Source: Selaginella moellendorffii (Eukaryota; Plantae; Lycopodiophyta). Taken from it: a DNA stretch of 64,000 bases. A model generated the notes under the pieces. It searched no databases and was not told where the DNA came from. It was given only the letters and a program-made list of their open reading frames with translations. Of the stretch, positions 1-13,494 are shown in pieces. How positions within the stretch are numbered: the first letter of the stretch is position 1; each line of letters starts with the position of its first letter. Position numbers and translations under genes: made by a program. Location: assembly GCF_000143415.4 (NCBI RefSeq), contig NW_003314348.1, positions 186,001 through 250,000 of the forward strand, written 5' to 3'.

Positions 1-420
1 ATTGTGGATGCGTACTGGCTCCCAAGTTGCCCCTTGACGAGCAAGATCTTGATGAGCTTGGAAACCGGAGCTGCGAATTTTTTCTAAGATTTTATTTTTC
101 TTCCCGAGCGAAAAGAATTGAATCACTCACCTTGTATGAGCTGCTGGAAAAACGCACTGCCATCCTTGAGGAGCTCGGATACCGGGAGGCACTTGAAGGA
201 CTGGAGATGATCCTTGACTTGCGGAGCAAAGTAAACGCCGATCTTGGTGAAGATGACGTGAATTGTCTCGATGGTCATGTCCGTGATGCCTGCGAAAAAA
301 GCAATGGTCCGCAATCACAGCGAGCAGCAAACAGAGATTCTTACCATGCCCCAGGAGAATGAGTGTCTCCGACGAGGAGGGAGATTGAATGGATTGCGCA
401 AAAGTGGGATCCATCTCCAT
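1..420 (-). CDS. Hypothetical spliced protein, 3' part outside the window
   Basis: ATG at 420 and GT-AG introns join MEMDPTFAQS...LLGH / GITDMTIETIHVIFTKIG...QQLIQ / APVSKLIKILLVKG in frame. Family not recognised. Confidence 0.45.
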
Positions 421-695
421 CGCTTGAGCTTGGCCACTGGAGAAAAAAGCACGAAAGAAAGAAGAAAAAGAGAATTCAAGTGCTTCTATCTTTGCGTACT
501 CCAAAGCATTGAAGACAGGGATGAGAGGAGGGCATTGGGGAAACGTTGAGAAGATCGACAGTAGCCACGTCTTTGTTGTGTGAGGTCCCAAACTCCGCTG
601 ATTCTCCTCCTACCCGACGACGCTCGGCTTGACTGGCCGGTGTCAAAGAGAATTATTAGGGTTCTTCATAATCCATTTGAAATATTTGTAATGTT

Positions 696-2640
696 ATGTG
701 CCCTAAATCGATGAGAGCATTGAGGAGCATGAAGGCGATGCTCGCCTTGGGTGGGATTACTGCGGTGTGGCTCTTCTTCCAATGGATCATGCTTCTAGGT
801 ACCAACATTGGATCTATCTCCTCAAATCCTCTTCCTATCGTTTTTTTGGTTTGGATTTCTAGTTCCAAAGCCCTGGGTTTCTCTATCGCATGAAGATAAG
901 AGCACATTGAAGGAGTTCCATGGTAAATTTCATCAGTGTGTTGTAAGTGCTGGCGAGCTTATCAAGTTTTATCCTGGCTGCGATGATTTGCTTGCAGCGA
1001 ACAAACGGGATTGGAATCTACAGCAGGTCTATGGATTACTGCACTGCAAACTTCTACTTTTCTCATGATACTGAAGCGAAATGGGTATGCTTCAATAGTT
1101 TTCATGGTTGTTTTGATCTCCTCGCTTGTTTTATAGACGGATCCAAAGACTGGAAATCTCGAGCCTCTCACTTACAATCTGGATTTGTGCGAGGCAATGA
1201 GAATCTGGGAACAAGTGAGATTTTTTTTGGTTTCTTGACATCTTTTTTTGCTTATACATGAATGAACTTAAAATTTGCTCCAGGTTCGCAACAGCAGTAC
1301 GATTCTTACAAAGGAATACATCGATGGTTTACCAAATGGCTGGCATGACTACGCTTGGAAGAGAATCAACAAAGGCATTTTGCTGTATGTGATTCTTTTT
1401 CTTTTGGTTTTAATACCATTAAACATGACAACGCACAGGAGAAATTGCGAGGATAAAAAGCTGTGCTTGGATAAACTATCGAAAGTGCTGCCAGATACTC
1501 CACCCTTTGTGCCTCGTCAATTTGGACGCTGTGCTGTTGTGGGAAATTCTGGTGACTTGCTCAAGGCAAAGTTTGGCAGGGAAATAGACGGCTTCGACGC
1601 TGTAGTAAGGCATAATGGTGCTCCAATAGAGGTAAATGATTTTTTTCTTTACGATTCGTGTTATCATTCGATATCCTGATAGTTCGTGACAGAACTATAC
1701 AGATTATGTTGGCTCCAAGCGTAGCTTTCGACTTCTCAACCGCGGATCTGCCAAGGCGCTGGACAAAGTAGCAGAATTGGATGGTTAGTAGCTTTAAGTT
1801 TTTGATGTTCTATAGTTAAATGGATATCTCAGGAACGGGAAAGGAAGTTCTGATTGTCAAAACCACGATCCATGACGTGATGACGAAAATGATCAAGGTA
1901 ATCTTTCTGTCGTCTCTGGTTTCTCGTTTAAGCTCTGTAGTTTCATCAGGAAATACCGATCATCAATCCAGTTTATTTGATGCTCGGTGCGTCCTTAAGC
2001 TCTTCGGCAAAGGGGACCGGCGTAAAAGCTTTGGAGTTTGCATTATCAGTTTGCGAGACGGTGGATATCTACGGATTTACTGTCGATCCTGGCTACGTTG
2101 AATGGTTTCCTTCTCTTTCTTTACTTTTTTCCTGCTGCTTGAATTCTACTTCACGTTTTTACAGGTCTCGGTATTTCTCGGAATCAAGAGGCGGTCACAC
2201 TCCGCTACTGGGAAGAGCTTATTACCAAATGATGGAGTGCTTAGGAGTAAGAAGAACTACTTCATCTCGATGATTTAGCTAATCCATTGCGTTTTGCAGC
2301 TAATCCGGATCCACTCGCCAATGCGCTTGGCAAGGGGCAGCAAAAGTGGCCAAGTTCCCAGCAAAAGCACTCTTGATGCTGCAAGAAGAGTTTCTCAAAA
2401 GATAGTGAGGTGAGGTTTCTTACACTGTAGAAAAGTCACTCAAGTTTTTTGTGGGCCTCACGCAGGAACGATGCTCACAGTGATCCACTGAGCTCTTGTT
2501 CTATATGGAAAAAGAGGTCGCACGGCCATCGCCGTGTGCTTCCAGCGAGTAAAAAAGCGGCCGAGCACGATAGAGTCGTAAAGAGCGTCACTCAGTACCC
2601 ACTAGAGCATGGCACTGGGATGCTTTGTGTCCAAAGCTAG
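696..2640 (+). CDS. Sialyltransferase-like protein (GT29), multi-exon
   Basis: N-terminal TM anchor; sialylmotif L ([12 protein letters not shown]...[14 protein letters not shown]) and motif S ([22 protein letters not shown]); stop at 2640. Start may be 696, 711 or 729. Confidence 0.9.
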
Positions 2641-3101
2641 CGCGTTTGCTCCAACCTTTCAAGTCCCCACAGGTGGGCGTTTCGAATCCCGACGCGTGCA
2701 AAGCCTGCTCCATTGCCACGCGTCAAAATTATTTCCCTTCTCGGATACGAGCATTCAAAAAATTTCTTTTTTATGGCGTACAGATTTTAGGGCTTAGCGA
2801 TTCCAGCGCTCTGGCGGGAGCGGCGGGTTCCGGGCGAAGCTTGTAAGTCTCTACTCGTAGATGTAGCTGCGATTTCTTCGTGTAATGCACTGGACTTTCT
2901 CGCGGCATTGGCTAGAATGCGAGCTGCTTGAGCTTAATCCATCGCTCTTTCTCCGGAAGAACTTTCGCGATTGAGTTTAGTCCATGTTAGAGCTGCTTGA
3001 ACAATCGAATTCATCGCTTAGAAGAGGGAATTCTCACTCTTTATGGTTTTTTTTTGTGTGTTCCAGATATTGGAGGGATATTTTTCTGGATGTATATCTA
3101 G

Positions 3102-5772
3102 ATGGTTGTTTCTTTGGCGGTGGCTCCAGTGCCCTTGTACACAGCAATTGCCGGAGCCTGTGGAAGTACTATCGCGAGCACTCATCACAACAACGAGGCT
3201 GATGGAAAGGTGAAGCTTTCAACGTTCTTACGTATCGACTCGCGGGGGGTTCCGTTCTATGGTTTGAAGGCAGACGTCCATTTTCTATCGTCGAAACGCT
3301 GGCGCTATACACTCTTGACGTGCGTCGCGTTGGACAAGGGATGGAGCCAGAAGCGTAGCGGCGATTCGGGTTTTAAGCCGCTGGTAGAGCACACGTACAG
3401 AACTGCTGCAAGTTTAGTGTCCGAAGCCACAGGAAAGGAGAAGAGTTTTGAGGCTACAGTTGCTACAGGATCTACTCCAAGTTCATCATGGGACTATGCG
3501 AACTCGTCCAGGGTGCTCGGTGCCTCTCGGTTTGCTGTCCTCCTTGGAGTGGTGATCACGATTTTTGGAGCGGTGTCATTGACGGCTGTTTTATTTGGAA
3601 GGTGGTGGAATCGGTTGAGAAATCAAGACAGGAATGATTTGAAGACAAGTGATTCTTGGCCTGGAGGAGTCGCAAGTCCGTCAGTTGTGTTTGAGGCTCC
3701 CTCGGCTTTTTCGTTCTTTCTGAAGAAAGACTTGAAGCGGAAAGAGTCTGTAGAATGGGTGAACATGGTTCTTGGCAAGCTCTGGAAGATATATCGCCGT
3801 GGCTTGGAAACCTGGCTCGTTGGACTTCTTCAGCCTCTGATCGACAATCTTCATAAGCCGAGCTATGTGCGGAGAGTTGTGATCCAGCACTTTCACTTGG
3901 GAGACGAGCCCTTGACGGTAAGAAGTGTGGAAAGAAGAACATCTCGTCGAGCGAATGACTTGCAGTAAGTTGACGTGACTGTGACTATGTGAGTACTGAC
4001 TGCCTTTTTATCAAGGTACCATATAGGCCTCAGGTACACGGGGGAAGCAAAGATGCGTCTTATGATCACTTTAAGCGCCGGCTTTCTTCCTGTCATGATT
4101 CCTGTTGGAGTTCGGGGTTTCGATGTGGACGGAGAAATTTGGGTGAAACTACGATTGGTTCCGTCAGAGCCGTGGATCGGCACCGCAACCTGGGCCTTCG
4201 TATCTTTGCCAAAAATAATTCTGGCCTTGGCACCTTTTGGTCTTTTCAACATAATGAGTAAGTGAGCTACTGCTCTTTGAGCCTTACTAATCGTCATTTT
4301 TGTGTTCTACACCAGCATTTCCGTTCATTTCAAGGTATTTAATACTCTTTACTTTTGTCAATTTCTGGCTCTCTAAGTTTTGATTGTGTGCATGAAGATT
4401 TTTGACAAAGCTGCTTACCGAAGATCTGCCACAGCTGTTTGTAAGGCCGAACAAGATAGTTGTCAATTTTCTAAAAAATCCGGCAAGTGGTCCATTTGCT
4501 CAACAGTTTCAAGACGAAGGTGTTAACGTGGAAGGCAGCAAAGACTTTACTGGGGAGTTGTCTGTCACTCTAATGGATGCACGGAAGCTGAAGTATTTCC
4601 CAATTGGTGAGTTAGTTTTTTTTGGATTTGAACGATTTCATTGACATTATTGTACCTCCCAGGTAAGACGGATCCGTATGTAAAACTGATGTTGGGCGAT
4701 CAAGTGATTCGTAGCAAGAAAAACAGCCAAACATCTATCATCGGACCTCCGGGAGCCCCGATATGGAATCAAGTAAGTTTTTCTTCGTTTACAAACGATA
4801 CGACGGTGTTTGGTGCATTTACAGGACTTTCAGCTGCTGGTTGAGGACCCAAAGACCCAAAAAGTAGCTGTCCGTGTTCGAGATGCCGTTGGCTTGGGAG
4901 TTTTCACTATCGGGTATGGCGAGGTAAATGATCCTTCAGTCTGAAAACTATATGCTGATGTGCCTCTTTGTTTTGTAGATTGATCTGAGCACACTACAAG
5001 ATACCGTTCCTGTTGATAAAATCGTGACACTTCGAGGTGGCTGGGGTTTTCCTAAACGTTTTGCTGGAGAGATTATGGTCCGATTGACTTACAAGGCATA
5101 TGTGGAAGATGATGAGGAAGAAGATGACGGGCCTTTCAATCAACTCTCGGACGTCGAATTGGACTCGGACAAGGACGAGTTTAGTACGAGGAAATTCTTT
5201 CGCAAGAAGAGGAGACTGGACTTTCTGAGGGACTTATTCGCTGCTGTGAACGTCGTCATCAAGGACTTCGGCTACGATAACGTCCTTGTAGAACCAAAGA
5301 AATTCGTCGACAAGAAGCGAGAACACGCGCAAGGTGATGGTCACAGGGGATCATCTCAAAGTGAACCGAGGCGTCACGGTGATACGGGACGGCTACCGCC
5401 TTCAAAAGCCAAACACAGACAGGTGCCACCATCTCAAAGTGACGATGGCGCTGGGAAGAAATCACAGGAGGTGACGGACCAGGGAAACTTGCAAGAACCA
5501 AGACCTGATATTCCTGCACAGACACCGGAAGCCGAGAAAGAACAAGCCGAAAAAGAACAAGCTGAGGAGACAAGAAGAACGAGCTTGAACTCCGGAGGTG
5601 GAAGAACCAAAGCTTCCGGACGGTGGACCGAGAGTAAGCAGTAGATCATCTTTTCTCAGTTCCTCAGTCGTGGTTTGCTGCAGATCCAGCAGTGTTGTGG
5701 CTTGGTCTAGCGACGGGCATTGCGCTGCTGGCAGCGCTAAGCCTCAACTTCTCCAACTTGGTCAATCCGTGA
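3102..5772 (+). CDS. NTMC2T5: NTMC2T5-like TM-SMP-C2 membrane contact-site protein
   Basis: Transit-peptide-like N-terminus, TM, SMP domain (KESVEWVNMVLGKLW), C2 domain (GKTDPYVKLMLG), and a hydrophobic C-terminal exon ending NLVNP*. Confidence 0.85.
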
Positions 5773-5881
5773 TCATTTTGCAATTTTTTGTAAGTAAGTT
5801 CGCAATGTTATTACGATTCTTTTCCTGTCAATAGCCAGAAGAGAAAGGCAGGGATTTAACTCTCTAGCCGATCGAAAATTG

Positions 5882-6091
5882 CTACTGGAGACCAATTCTT
5901 TGCGCTACAGACCCCTTGCTTCTATCCTGCCCGAGCGACGACGACGCCGATACCTTGGAAGGTCGGGAAGGAGCTCCCTCACCAGTAGTGGCCGCGGCAG
6001 CGGCGGCGGCGGCGGCGCGCTTGCGAGCATCCTCCAGCTCCTCCTTGTCCTCCGCCTTGAGCTCCAGGCGCGTGGGCTTGCGACGCAGCAT
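5882..6091 (-). CDS. CDC26: Anaphase-promoting complex subunit CDC26/APC12
   Basis: 69 aa; hallmark N-terminus MLRRKPTRLELKAEDKEELE and plant-type C-terminus RIGLQ; intronless. Confidence 0.9.
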   Translation of the reverse strand: MLRRKPTRLELKAEDKEELEDARKRAAAAAAAAATTGEGAPSRPSKVSASSSLGQDRSKGSVAQRIGLQ

Positions 6092-6292
6092 TTTGACCGA
6101 TCAATTCTTTAGGGTTCTTATCTTAAGTTCTTTCTCCGTACATTCCTGTGATAGTTTTCGGGATTTTACATTTTGTTATCCGTACATCCACGTCACTATG
6201 ACCAAGGGCCTAAATTCGTAGGAATTCCCCCTATGATGTGTCTGAAACTCGAGGGAAGCTAGGCTTAGATGGCGGTGCTATCTATCTTACAA

Positions 6293-6965
6293 TCATGCTG
6301 CGGCCATGTCTTCCGGATTGGGGCCTGCGACGGAGGAGCCCGGGCGCACTGGAACTTGGGCCTGCCTCTCGTGGAAGTCCTTGATCGCCGGCTCCATCGC
6401 CTTCTTCCTCTTCGCGTCGTAATCTTTGATCGCGGCTTTGATCGCATCCTCGGCAAGCATGCTGCAGTGGAGCTTCACTGGCGGCAGCGACAGATGCTTG
6501 GCGATGTCACTGCGAAGAAGAAAGAGGAGAGAGCTTAGCCTCGGAGAAATCCTCTCAAGAAGAAAAGTTACTTGTTTGTGATCTTCGACACCTCGTCCAT
6601 CCCCTTGCCTTTGATCCACTCCGAGGCTACAAATCCAGCGAGCCAGTGCGAGATGAGAGGGCCAAAAGAGGAATTCCAAGAAAGAATCTCTTACCCACGG
6701 AAGACGATGCGATAGCCGAGCCGCAGCCAAACGTCTTGAAGCACGAATCGACGATCTTGCCGTCGTCGCCGACGCGGATTTGGAGCTTCATCACGTCGCC
6801 ACAGGCGGGAGCTCCGACCAGGCCGGTGCCAACACTGGGGTCGCTGGCATCGAAAGAGCCCACATTCCTGGGATTGTTGTAGTGATCCACGACCTTCTCA
6901 TGGTAGAATCGGACCCTAGACGCTCCGCCAGCGCGGCCACGCGACACGATCTGCCTCAGCATCAT
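6293..6965 (-). CDS. ISU1: Mitochondrial Fe-S cluster scaffold IscU/ISU1
   Basis: YHEKVVDHYNNPRNVG, GAPACGDVMKLQI, KTFGCGSAIASSS and LPPVKLHCSMLAEDA motifs; three exons. Confidence 0.95.
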
Positions 6966-7139
6966 CTAGAAATCACGCCCAGAGCATCAGCAAACCGGCA
7001 CAAACGCGCCAAAACCTACCTTCTCTAAAGCGACTAGCTAGGGTTTCTAAAGTGCCCAGGCACTAAAGACTGCAACGTGGGGCCATCACAGCCGTACACG
7101 TGTCCTTAAAAAGGTATATTCGCATTTCTTCTCTACAAG

Positions 7140-8845
7140 TATCTCCTCATGCGCTTACTTCCGGGGCCGAATCCACCATTGTTTGACTGTTGGAGCTCCT
7201 TCCAAGGATCTGGCCAGGGGAATCGAAGGATCTTAGCTATCCAGGAAACGAATGCCTACCTTGTAGAGTAAGATCGTCGGTGATCATATCCAGCTCGAGG
7301 AGATTGAGCAAGCGCCCAGGTCGACACCGCTCGTCCACTTCTCGGGCTGATCGGACCCATGCCGCAGCTTCAGTCGCCCTCGATTCATCGAGCCTCCCCA
7401 GATCAATCCCACCGGCCTGGGCTTGTCACCGTGGAGCGCAAAATCAGGCTGCCACTGTCGCCCTCCGCGTCAAAGTCCCCGCCATCGCCCACCACCAAGA
7501 GATCCGTGAACAAGCACCCGCCCCCTTCGTCTTGGTACTCCACCCCGTACGCGACCACGGTGCCCCGGGTGAGCCCGGTGCTCCTCCCAACTTTGATCGC
7601 CGCCTTGCCCACCAGGTCGTCCAAGTTGATGGTGAAGAGCTCGCCAACCTCGCCAACGAAGGGGATGGTGGCGGTCACGGAGGAGCAGTCGAAGCTGGCG
7701 GCGAAGGGAACGAAGGCTCCATCGGCCCGGACGAAACTTTCTAGCACGTAGCGGCAAATGTTAGACAAGCATTCGGCATTTGCTGGAGAGCGAGAGAGAA
7801 GGCAAGACCTGAACAGCAGGAAGCAAACATCCCGTACCAAAGATCGTCGGTGACGAACGAGGACGCCGGCTCCACGGCGCCCAGGTAGACGCCCTGCCCG
7901 AGCCTCCCAGGAGGTATCGGGTGGAACGTCTTCCGGTACGGGAAGTCAAGGTCCACGGCAACGTGTGTGTTAGTGAGGAACCATAGTGTCGCTTCCCAAT
8001 GCGGCTGCGCACCACGGGCCCAATGGTTCCAAAGAGCTTTAAGCTCGCCACCTTTTCCATCGGGCATCATATGAGCAAATAACTCGGCTATGGTATCTAC
8101 CTGGGATCCAGGACCGATGCGTTGGCTATTCCCTCGCAAGTAGTTGATGAGCTCCGAGTACACCCGTTCTTTTGGGGCCGGAGCCGGCGTGCCATGGAAC
8201 GAGAACTCCACAACGTCGACATCACACCAAGTGAGATTCCCCGGGCCCTGAAAGAAAGATCAAGACTCGAAACGATCCCAAGTGGGGAACCCAAGAGAGA
8301 GGCCAGTGCGAGGACAACCTGCAAGATACGGGGCAGCATTTGCCCGTCGAGCACCCAGGGCATGCAGCTTGCGCGGGACGAAGACGATGATGGCGGGGCG
8401 ATCGGTCACCTGGCTGTTGCGGGTGCGGAAGCCCAGCGCGGTGCCCAAACTCCGGCGGCGGAACAGCTTCCCGTGGATGGCCCGGATCGCCATGAGCTCG
8501 CGCAGCGTTCTGGCCTGGCGTCCCGTCCCCATCGTCTCGCCGCTCGCCATGTTGCTCCAGTGGTGGCTGAGTAGTAGGCGATGCGCTCCACCGCGCATTC
8601 CTCGACGTGGAAGCATGGCAGGCACAGCACGTAGTCGAATAATCCGTCCTTGCGGCCGCGGTAGCGCGATCCTGAGGCGTAGGCCCGCATTAGCGAGCGA
8701 TCTGGTTTCGGGACGGGACTGCCACCAGTGTGTCGAGTCCAAAGATAGCTTAAATAGCGTGGCTAGCCTGCGTTGTTTGGGCTTCCGAGCTCTCGGCGGG
8801 TACGAAGCGCCCGCCAGAGCAACACGAAGAGAATCTTAAACCCAT
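7140..8845 (-). pseudogene. Degraded NAL1-like trypsin-fold protease pseudogene
   Basis: Colinear with 9470-11402 but broken into different frames, with many small deletions; retains RADGAF and GDSGS. Confidence 0.85.
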
Positions 8846-9066
8846 CTTAAACCTTCCAAAAAAACAAAAAAAAAAAAACAAACAAACAAAACAACTCGAG
8901 TAGAAAACTCCACGAGTTGCCACAGCTGATGTTCTCGCTGTGCCTTGAAAGGCTCCCCGTGAGTGTCCAGTAATGGCAGACAGCTGGTGTGTTCTCTCAG
9001 GCCAGAAACTCGTTCTGACATTATTAAGATAGAAGATTGTTCTATGTGGTCGATTGCGAGTCTTTA

Positions 9067-9460
9067 TTGCTACTGAAGACCAACTCTTTGACCCTGCTCC
9101 TGTAAGAATATGTTCGCCTTTTATCCGTATATTTTAGCTTTATCCGTATATGGCTCGTCAAACGTGCTATATCACAATCATGTCTTGAGCACGCCTTCTG
9201 GGTCGTGGAAGTCTTTGATCCATTGGCTCCATTGGCGTCATACTCCTTTGAAATCTTCAAGAAAAACAAATACTGATCTTATTCCCACTTTCGACGCAAC
9301 AATCCAGCGAGGCAGCGAATGTCGAGAAAGAATCTCTTTCCCCACGATGGGATCGGGCCAAACGTCCTCAAGCACGAATCGACTCTCAATTGGCGCGGTT
9401 TTCTTTTCGTTAGGGTTTCTGGCAACGTGTCTTCATGTGACAAAAAGGGATCTTGGGATT
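9067..9460 (-). pseudogene. Heavily deleted relic of the CDC26 + ISU1 block
   Basis: Ordered short matches to 5879-7140: ttgctactgaagaccaa, tcgtggaagtctttgatc, aatccagcgag, aaagaatctc, gccaaacgtcctcaagcacgaatcgac, tagggtttct. Confidence 0.75.
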
Positions 9461-9469
9461 TTCTTCTCT

Positions 9470-11402
9470 CTACAAACTTATCCTCGTGCGCTTGGCGTTC
9501 TGGCGCCCCTCGGCATCGTCGCTACTTCCGGGGCCGGATCTCTTGATCTCGCCTTCCCGTTGCCATGACGAAGGCCCGGGAATGTCTCCAGGTTTCAACT
9601 CGGTGCTACAATCCTTGGACTGTTGGAACTCCTTCCAAGCATCTGGCCAGGACAAGTCAAGGAAGAAGCTAAAGCCTAAAGCGATGGGAATGGATGCATA
9701 CCTTTGAGAGCAAGATCGTTGCTGATGATATCCAGCTGGAGGAGATCGAGCAAGCGGCCCAGGTCGACACCGCTCGTCCAGTTCTGGGGCTCGTGCCCCT
9801 GCCGCAGCTTGAGCCGCCCTCGATTCGACGTGCCCCCCCAGATCATTCCCACCGGCCTGGGCTTGTCGCCGTCGCACAGCAGAATCATGCTGCCGCTATC
9901 GCCCTCCGAGTCAAACTGGCCCCCATCGCCCACCACCAAGAGATCCGTGAAGAAGCACACGCCCTTGTCGTCGTGGTACTCCACCCCGTACGCGACCACT
10001 GTGCCCCGGGTGAGCCCGGAGCTCCGCCCGACTTTGATCGCCGCCTTGCCCACCAGGTTGGCGATGGGGTCGTCCAAGTTGATGGTGAAGAGCTCGCCAA
10101 CCTCGCCAACGCCCTTGATGCTGGCGGTCACGGAGGAGCTGTCGAAGCTGGCGGCGAAGGGAACGAAGGCGCCATCGGCCCGGACGACAGTTTCTGGCAA
10201 CGCGGTAAGCAACATGTTAGACTAGAGAAGCAAGGCATTTGCTGCAAAGAAAAGTAAAGCTTTCGGGACACCTGAGCAGCAAGTAGCAAACATCCCGTAC
10301 CAAAGATCGTCGGTGACAAAGGAGGTCGCCCGCTCCACGGTCCCCAGGTAGACGCCAGGCCCCAGGTTGGGAGGCAGCGGGTGGAACATCTTCTGGTACG
10401 GGAAGTCGAGGTCCACGGCAACGTGCCTGTTGGTGAGGAACCCTATCTGGTGCTCTCCGGTGCGGCTGCGCACCACGGCCCCCATGGTTCCGTATACCTC
10501 CAAGCTCGCCACCTTTTCCATCGTATAGCGTATCATATATGGCGATAGCTATAAGCTGAGACTGTTACCTGGGATCCCGGACCGACGCATTGGTCATCCC
10601 CTCGCAGGCACTCGACGAGCTCCGAGTAGACTTGCTCCTTGGGAGCCGCGGATGAGGCGCCATGGTAGGAAAACTCCACAACGTCGACATCACACCACAG
10701 ATCCCCCGGGCCCTGCGTGACGAGCGAAGAAGAAACAATCAAAACCCAAGAGGGGCCAGTTGGAGGACAAAACCTGGACGGTGCTGGGCAGCATTTGCCC
10801 GTCGAGCACCCACTGGGCATGCAGCTTGCGCGCGACGAAGACGATGATGGCGGGGCGGTCCGTCACCTGGCGGTCGCGGGTGCGGAAGCCCAGCGCGGTG
10901 CCCAGGCCCAGGCGCCGGAACATCTTGCCGTGGATGGCCCGGATCGCCATGAGCTCGCGCAGCGTTCCGGCCTGGCGCCCCGTCCCCATCGACTGCCGGC
11001 TGTCGTCGCTCGTCGCCAGGCTCGCCATGTCGCTGTACTGGCGGCTGAAGAAGCTGCTGCGCTCCACCGCCCATTCCTCGACGTGGAAGCATGGCAGGTA
11101 CAGAACGTAGTCGATCGATCGGTCCTTGTAGCGCGACCCCGATGCGTATGCCCGCATGTAGCGGGCGATCTGGATCCTCGGGACGGGATGCTTGCGGCGG
11201 CTGCCAGATCCACGGTATGTCAGCGCAAAGATCTATCTATCGGATCATACCATGGGAAGAGCTCTCGCCTGCGCTGCTTAGGAAGTGGGCATCCCCGCGG
11301 CTTGGATTTGTGGCACGACAGCGCTACACAGGTATGGTGCGGCGAGTCAAACAGGCAGCTCTCGGCGGGCATGAATCGCCCGGGAGAGCATTTAAAACCC
11401 AT
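9470..11402 (-). CDS. NAL1: NARROW LEAF 1-like trypsin-fold serine protease
   Basis: TLRELMAIRAIHGK...LGTALGFR and WCDVDVVEFSY; triad motifs LTNRHVA, RADGAF and GDSGS; GT-AG introns restore the frame. Confidence 0.85.
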
Positions 11403-11594
11403 CTCTAAACCCCCCGCTCTCCCACTCCCCTCTCCCCCTCCCCCTGGTTCTATCTCTCTCTCTCTCTCTCTGGTTCTCTCTCTCTCTTTCGCCCATCCAC
11501 GCGTCAAAACTCGAGATTCCATATTTAGAAGCGTGCGCTGTCGTCAATGGATTGTTTTGGTCACAGAATATCCCTTGTCAAGGGCTTCATAGAT

Positions 11595-13494
11595 TTAAGT
11601 AGTGTCTCGTAACAGTGTGTCCATGGCAGCGTAGACGCAATCCCTCAGGAAGCTCACGTCAGGGACGATCTTCTCCTTCGCCATGACCGCGATCCTCACG
11701 TCATTCGCGTAGCTTGTCATGTGGACCAGCAGCCCCTTTTTGTCACCCGAGGGATTCGCAAACTTTGTCAGGACTTGGTGTGTGCTTGTGTCGATGATAA
11801 GAGATCTTAAAACGTACCTGTGGAAGGCCCGAGCTCGTGGGGATGATGTAAAGGAGAGGATTTCCAGCGAACGTTACGGTCTCCACAGGGCCAACAATGT
11901 TGGAGATTGTGAGGGTGGTGTGGAGCGCGGCCCTGTATGTCATGTCTCGCCCGCCCTGCCGCGATCGAGCAATGAGCTAGCTTTGATTGACGCTCAGACA
12001 GTACCTTGATTCCGAGGAGATGGATCAACAAAACCCCTCCAGAGTACGTGAGCTTGGCCTCGTAAGAGAGCTTCTTCCGGGTGGAAATGGATTTTGCGTG
12101 GTGGACGTGCTCGAGTGACGGGTGTGTAGGTGCGTTGACCTTATTGACCGAGAGGGGAACGAGCATGTAACCCAGGCTATTGCCCCATCTTGCCTTCGAC
12201 CTGGTGTTCATCATCTCGTTTACTTCCTACACAAAGTCAGTCAAACATTCGCAAAGTCATGGTTGAAGGACTTTGACTAATGGTTTGACTGACTTGCAAA
12301 CCTGGGGAAGGTCTGGTGTTGACCATCACTAGCGCCCGGATCGAGAGGCTCTTCAACCATTTTGCTGTGGAAACCATGTCAGAGAGAGAGATGGTTGAAT
12401 GATGGTTGGGAACTCTTAAACTTACAGTGATTGCCATTGTCATTGCCAGTTTGAGCGTGATGCGTGAGATACTTCTGGAGAGCAATCGAGACAATCGCGA
12501 GTAGCACATCGTTCACCGTCTGGGATGGGTAGAAGTGGAGTGAAATTCTTGTTCTCTGTTACGTGAAAACGCCCAAGAAACTTACCGCATTGGCGGCATT
12601 CTTGACGCGCTTGACATCGTCGAGCTTGAGGTCGGCGATGGCGAGCCGACTTGGCTCGTTCTCGGCTCCACGATAGCCTCGCAGGCATGAACGGCTGTCC
12701 TTGACCCACGCCTGCATGCACAGAAACTTGACAATCTCCGTGATAGAGAACCATGCCACGAGCACGAGCCTCCATATCCGCGGCACGAGAGACCTCCAAA
12801 TCCACGCCAGTGGATCAAGATCATTCTCTGGCGCCGGCGCTGGCCTGGGAATCGTGGGCAGCATCGCGGGATTTTCCAGCTGCCGTGTAGATGCCAGGAA
12901 GAGCGACATGAGCGAAGTTCCATCGCCGAGCGCGTGATGGAAGACGAGGATACAAACACCTCTCGCGCCACCACGAAGAGAGATTTGTGGGCGATCATCA
13001 TCCATCGCCAGGACGTGGACCTCCCACAGAGGCTTGCTGGCATCCAGGCGAGCGGCGCTGAGCTCGGCGGTGTAGTCCTCCACGATCGTGGGCGAATCCC
13101 GCGGGAAGCGCGAGAGATCCGCTACGATGATGTGATCGTCGATGTTTACGTGGGTTCTCACCCAGATCTCCCTCCCTCTACCGTTTAGCCTCTACAGTGT
13201 TTACGATCGATCGATCGATTCGAATAGAAATGGAATACGAACCATGAGGCTGGAGAATCGTGGGTGTTTTGCCAGTGTGTTGGAGAGCTCGCTCTTGAGC
13301 GCCGGGAGATCGATTGGGTTCTGGAATCCAAGAATGCACTGGGCCGTCAAGTAGAAATCCGGCTGGAGGAACAATCGCCCCGCCGGTGTCACCGGCTCCT
13401 CCACTCCATCTCCAATCCGCGGGAGAGAGTTTTCATTCTCATTCCCATCGCTAGATCTTTGCTGAGAGGTTTTGATTCGCCGAAGCACTCCCAT
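11595..13494 (-). CDS. Wax ester synthase/diacylglycerol acyltransferase (WSD1-like)
   Basis: EEPVTPAGRLF, LDASKPLWEVH, catalytic HHALGDG, TVNDVLL and RWGNSLGY; stop at 11595. Confidence 0.92.
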
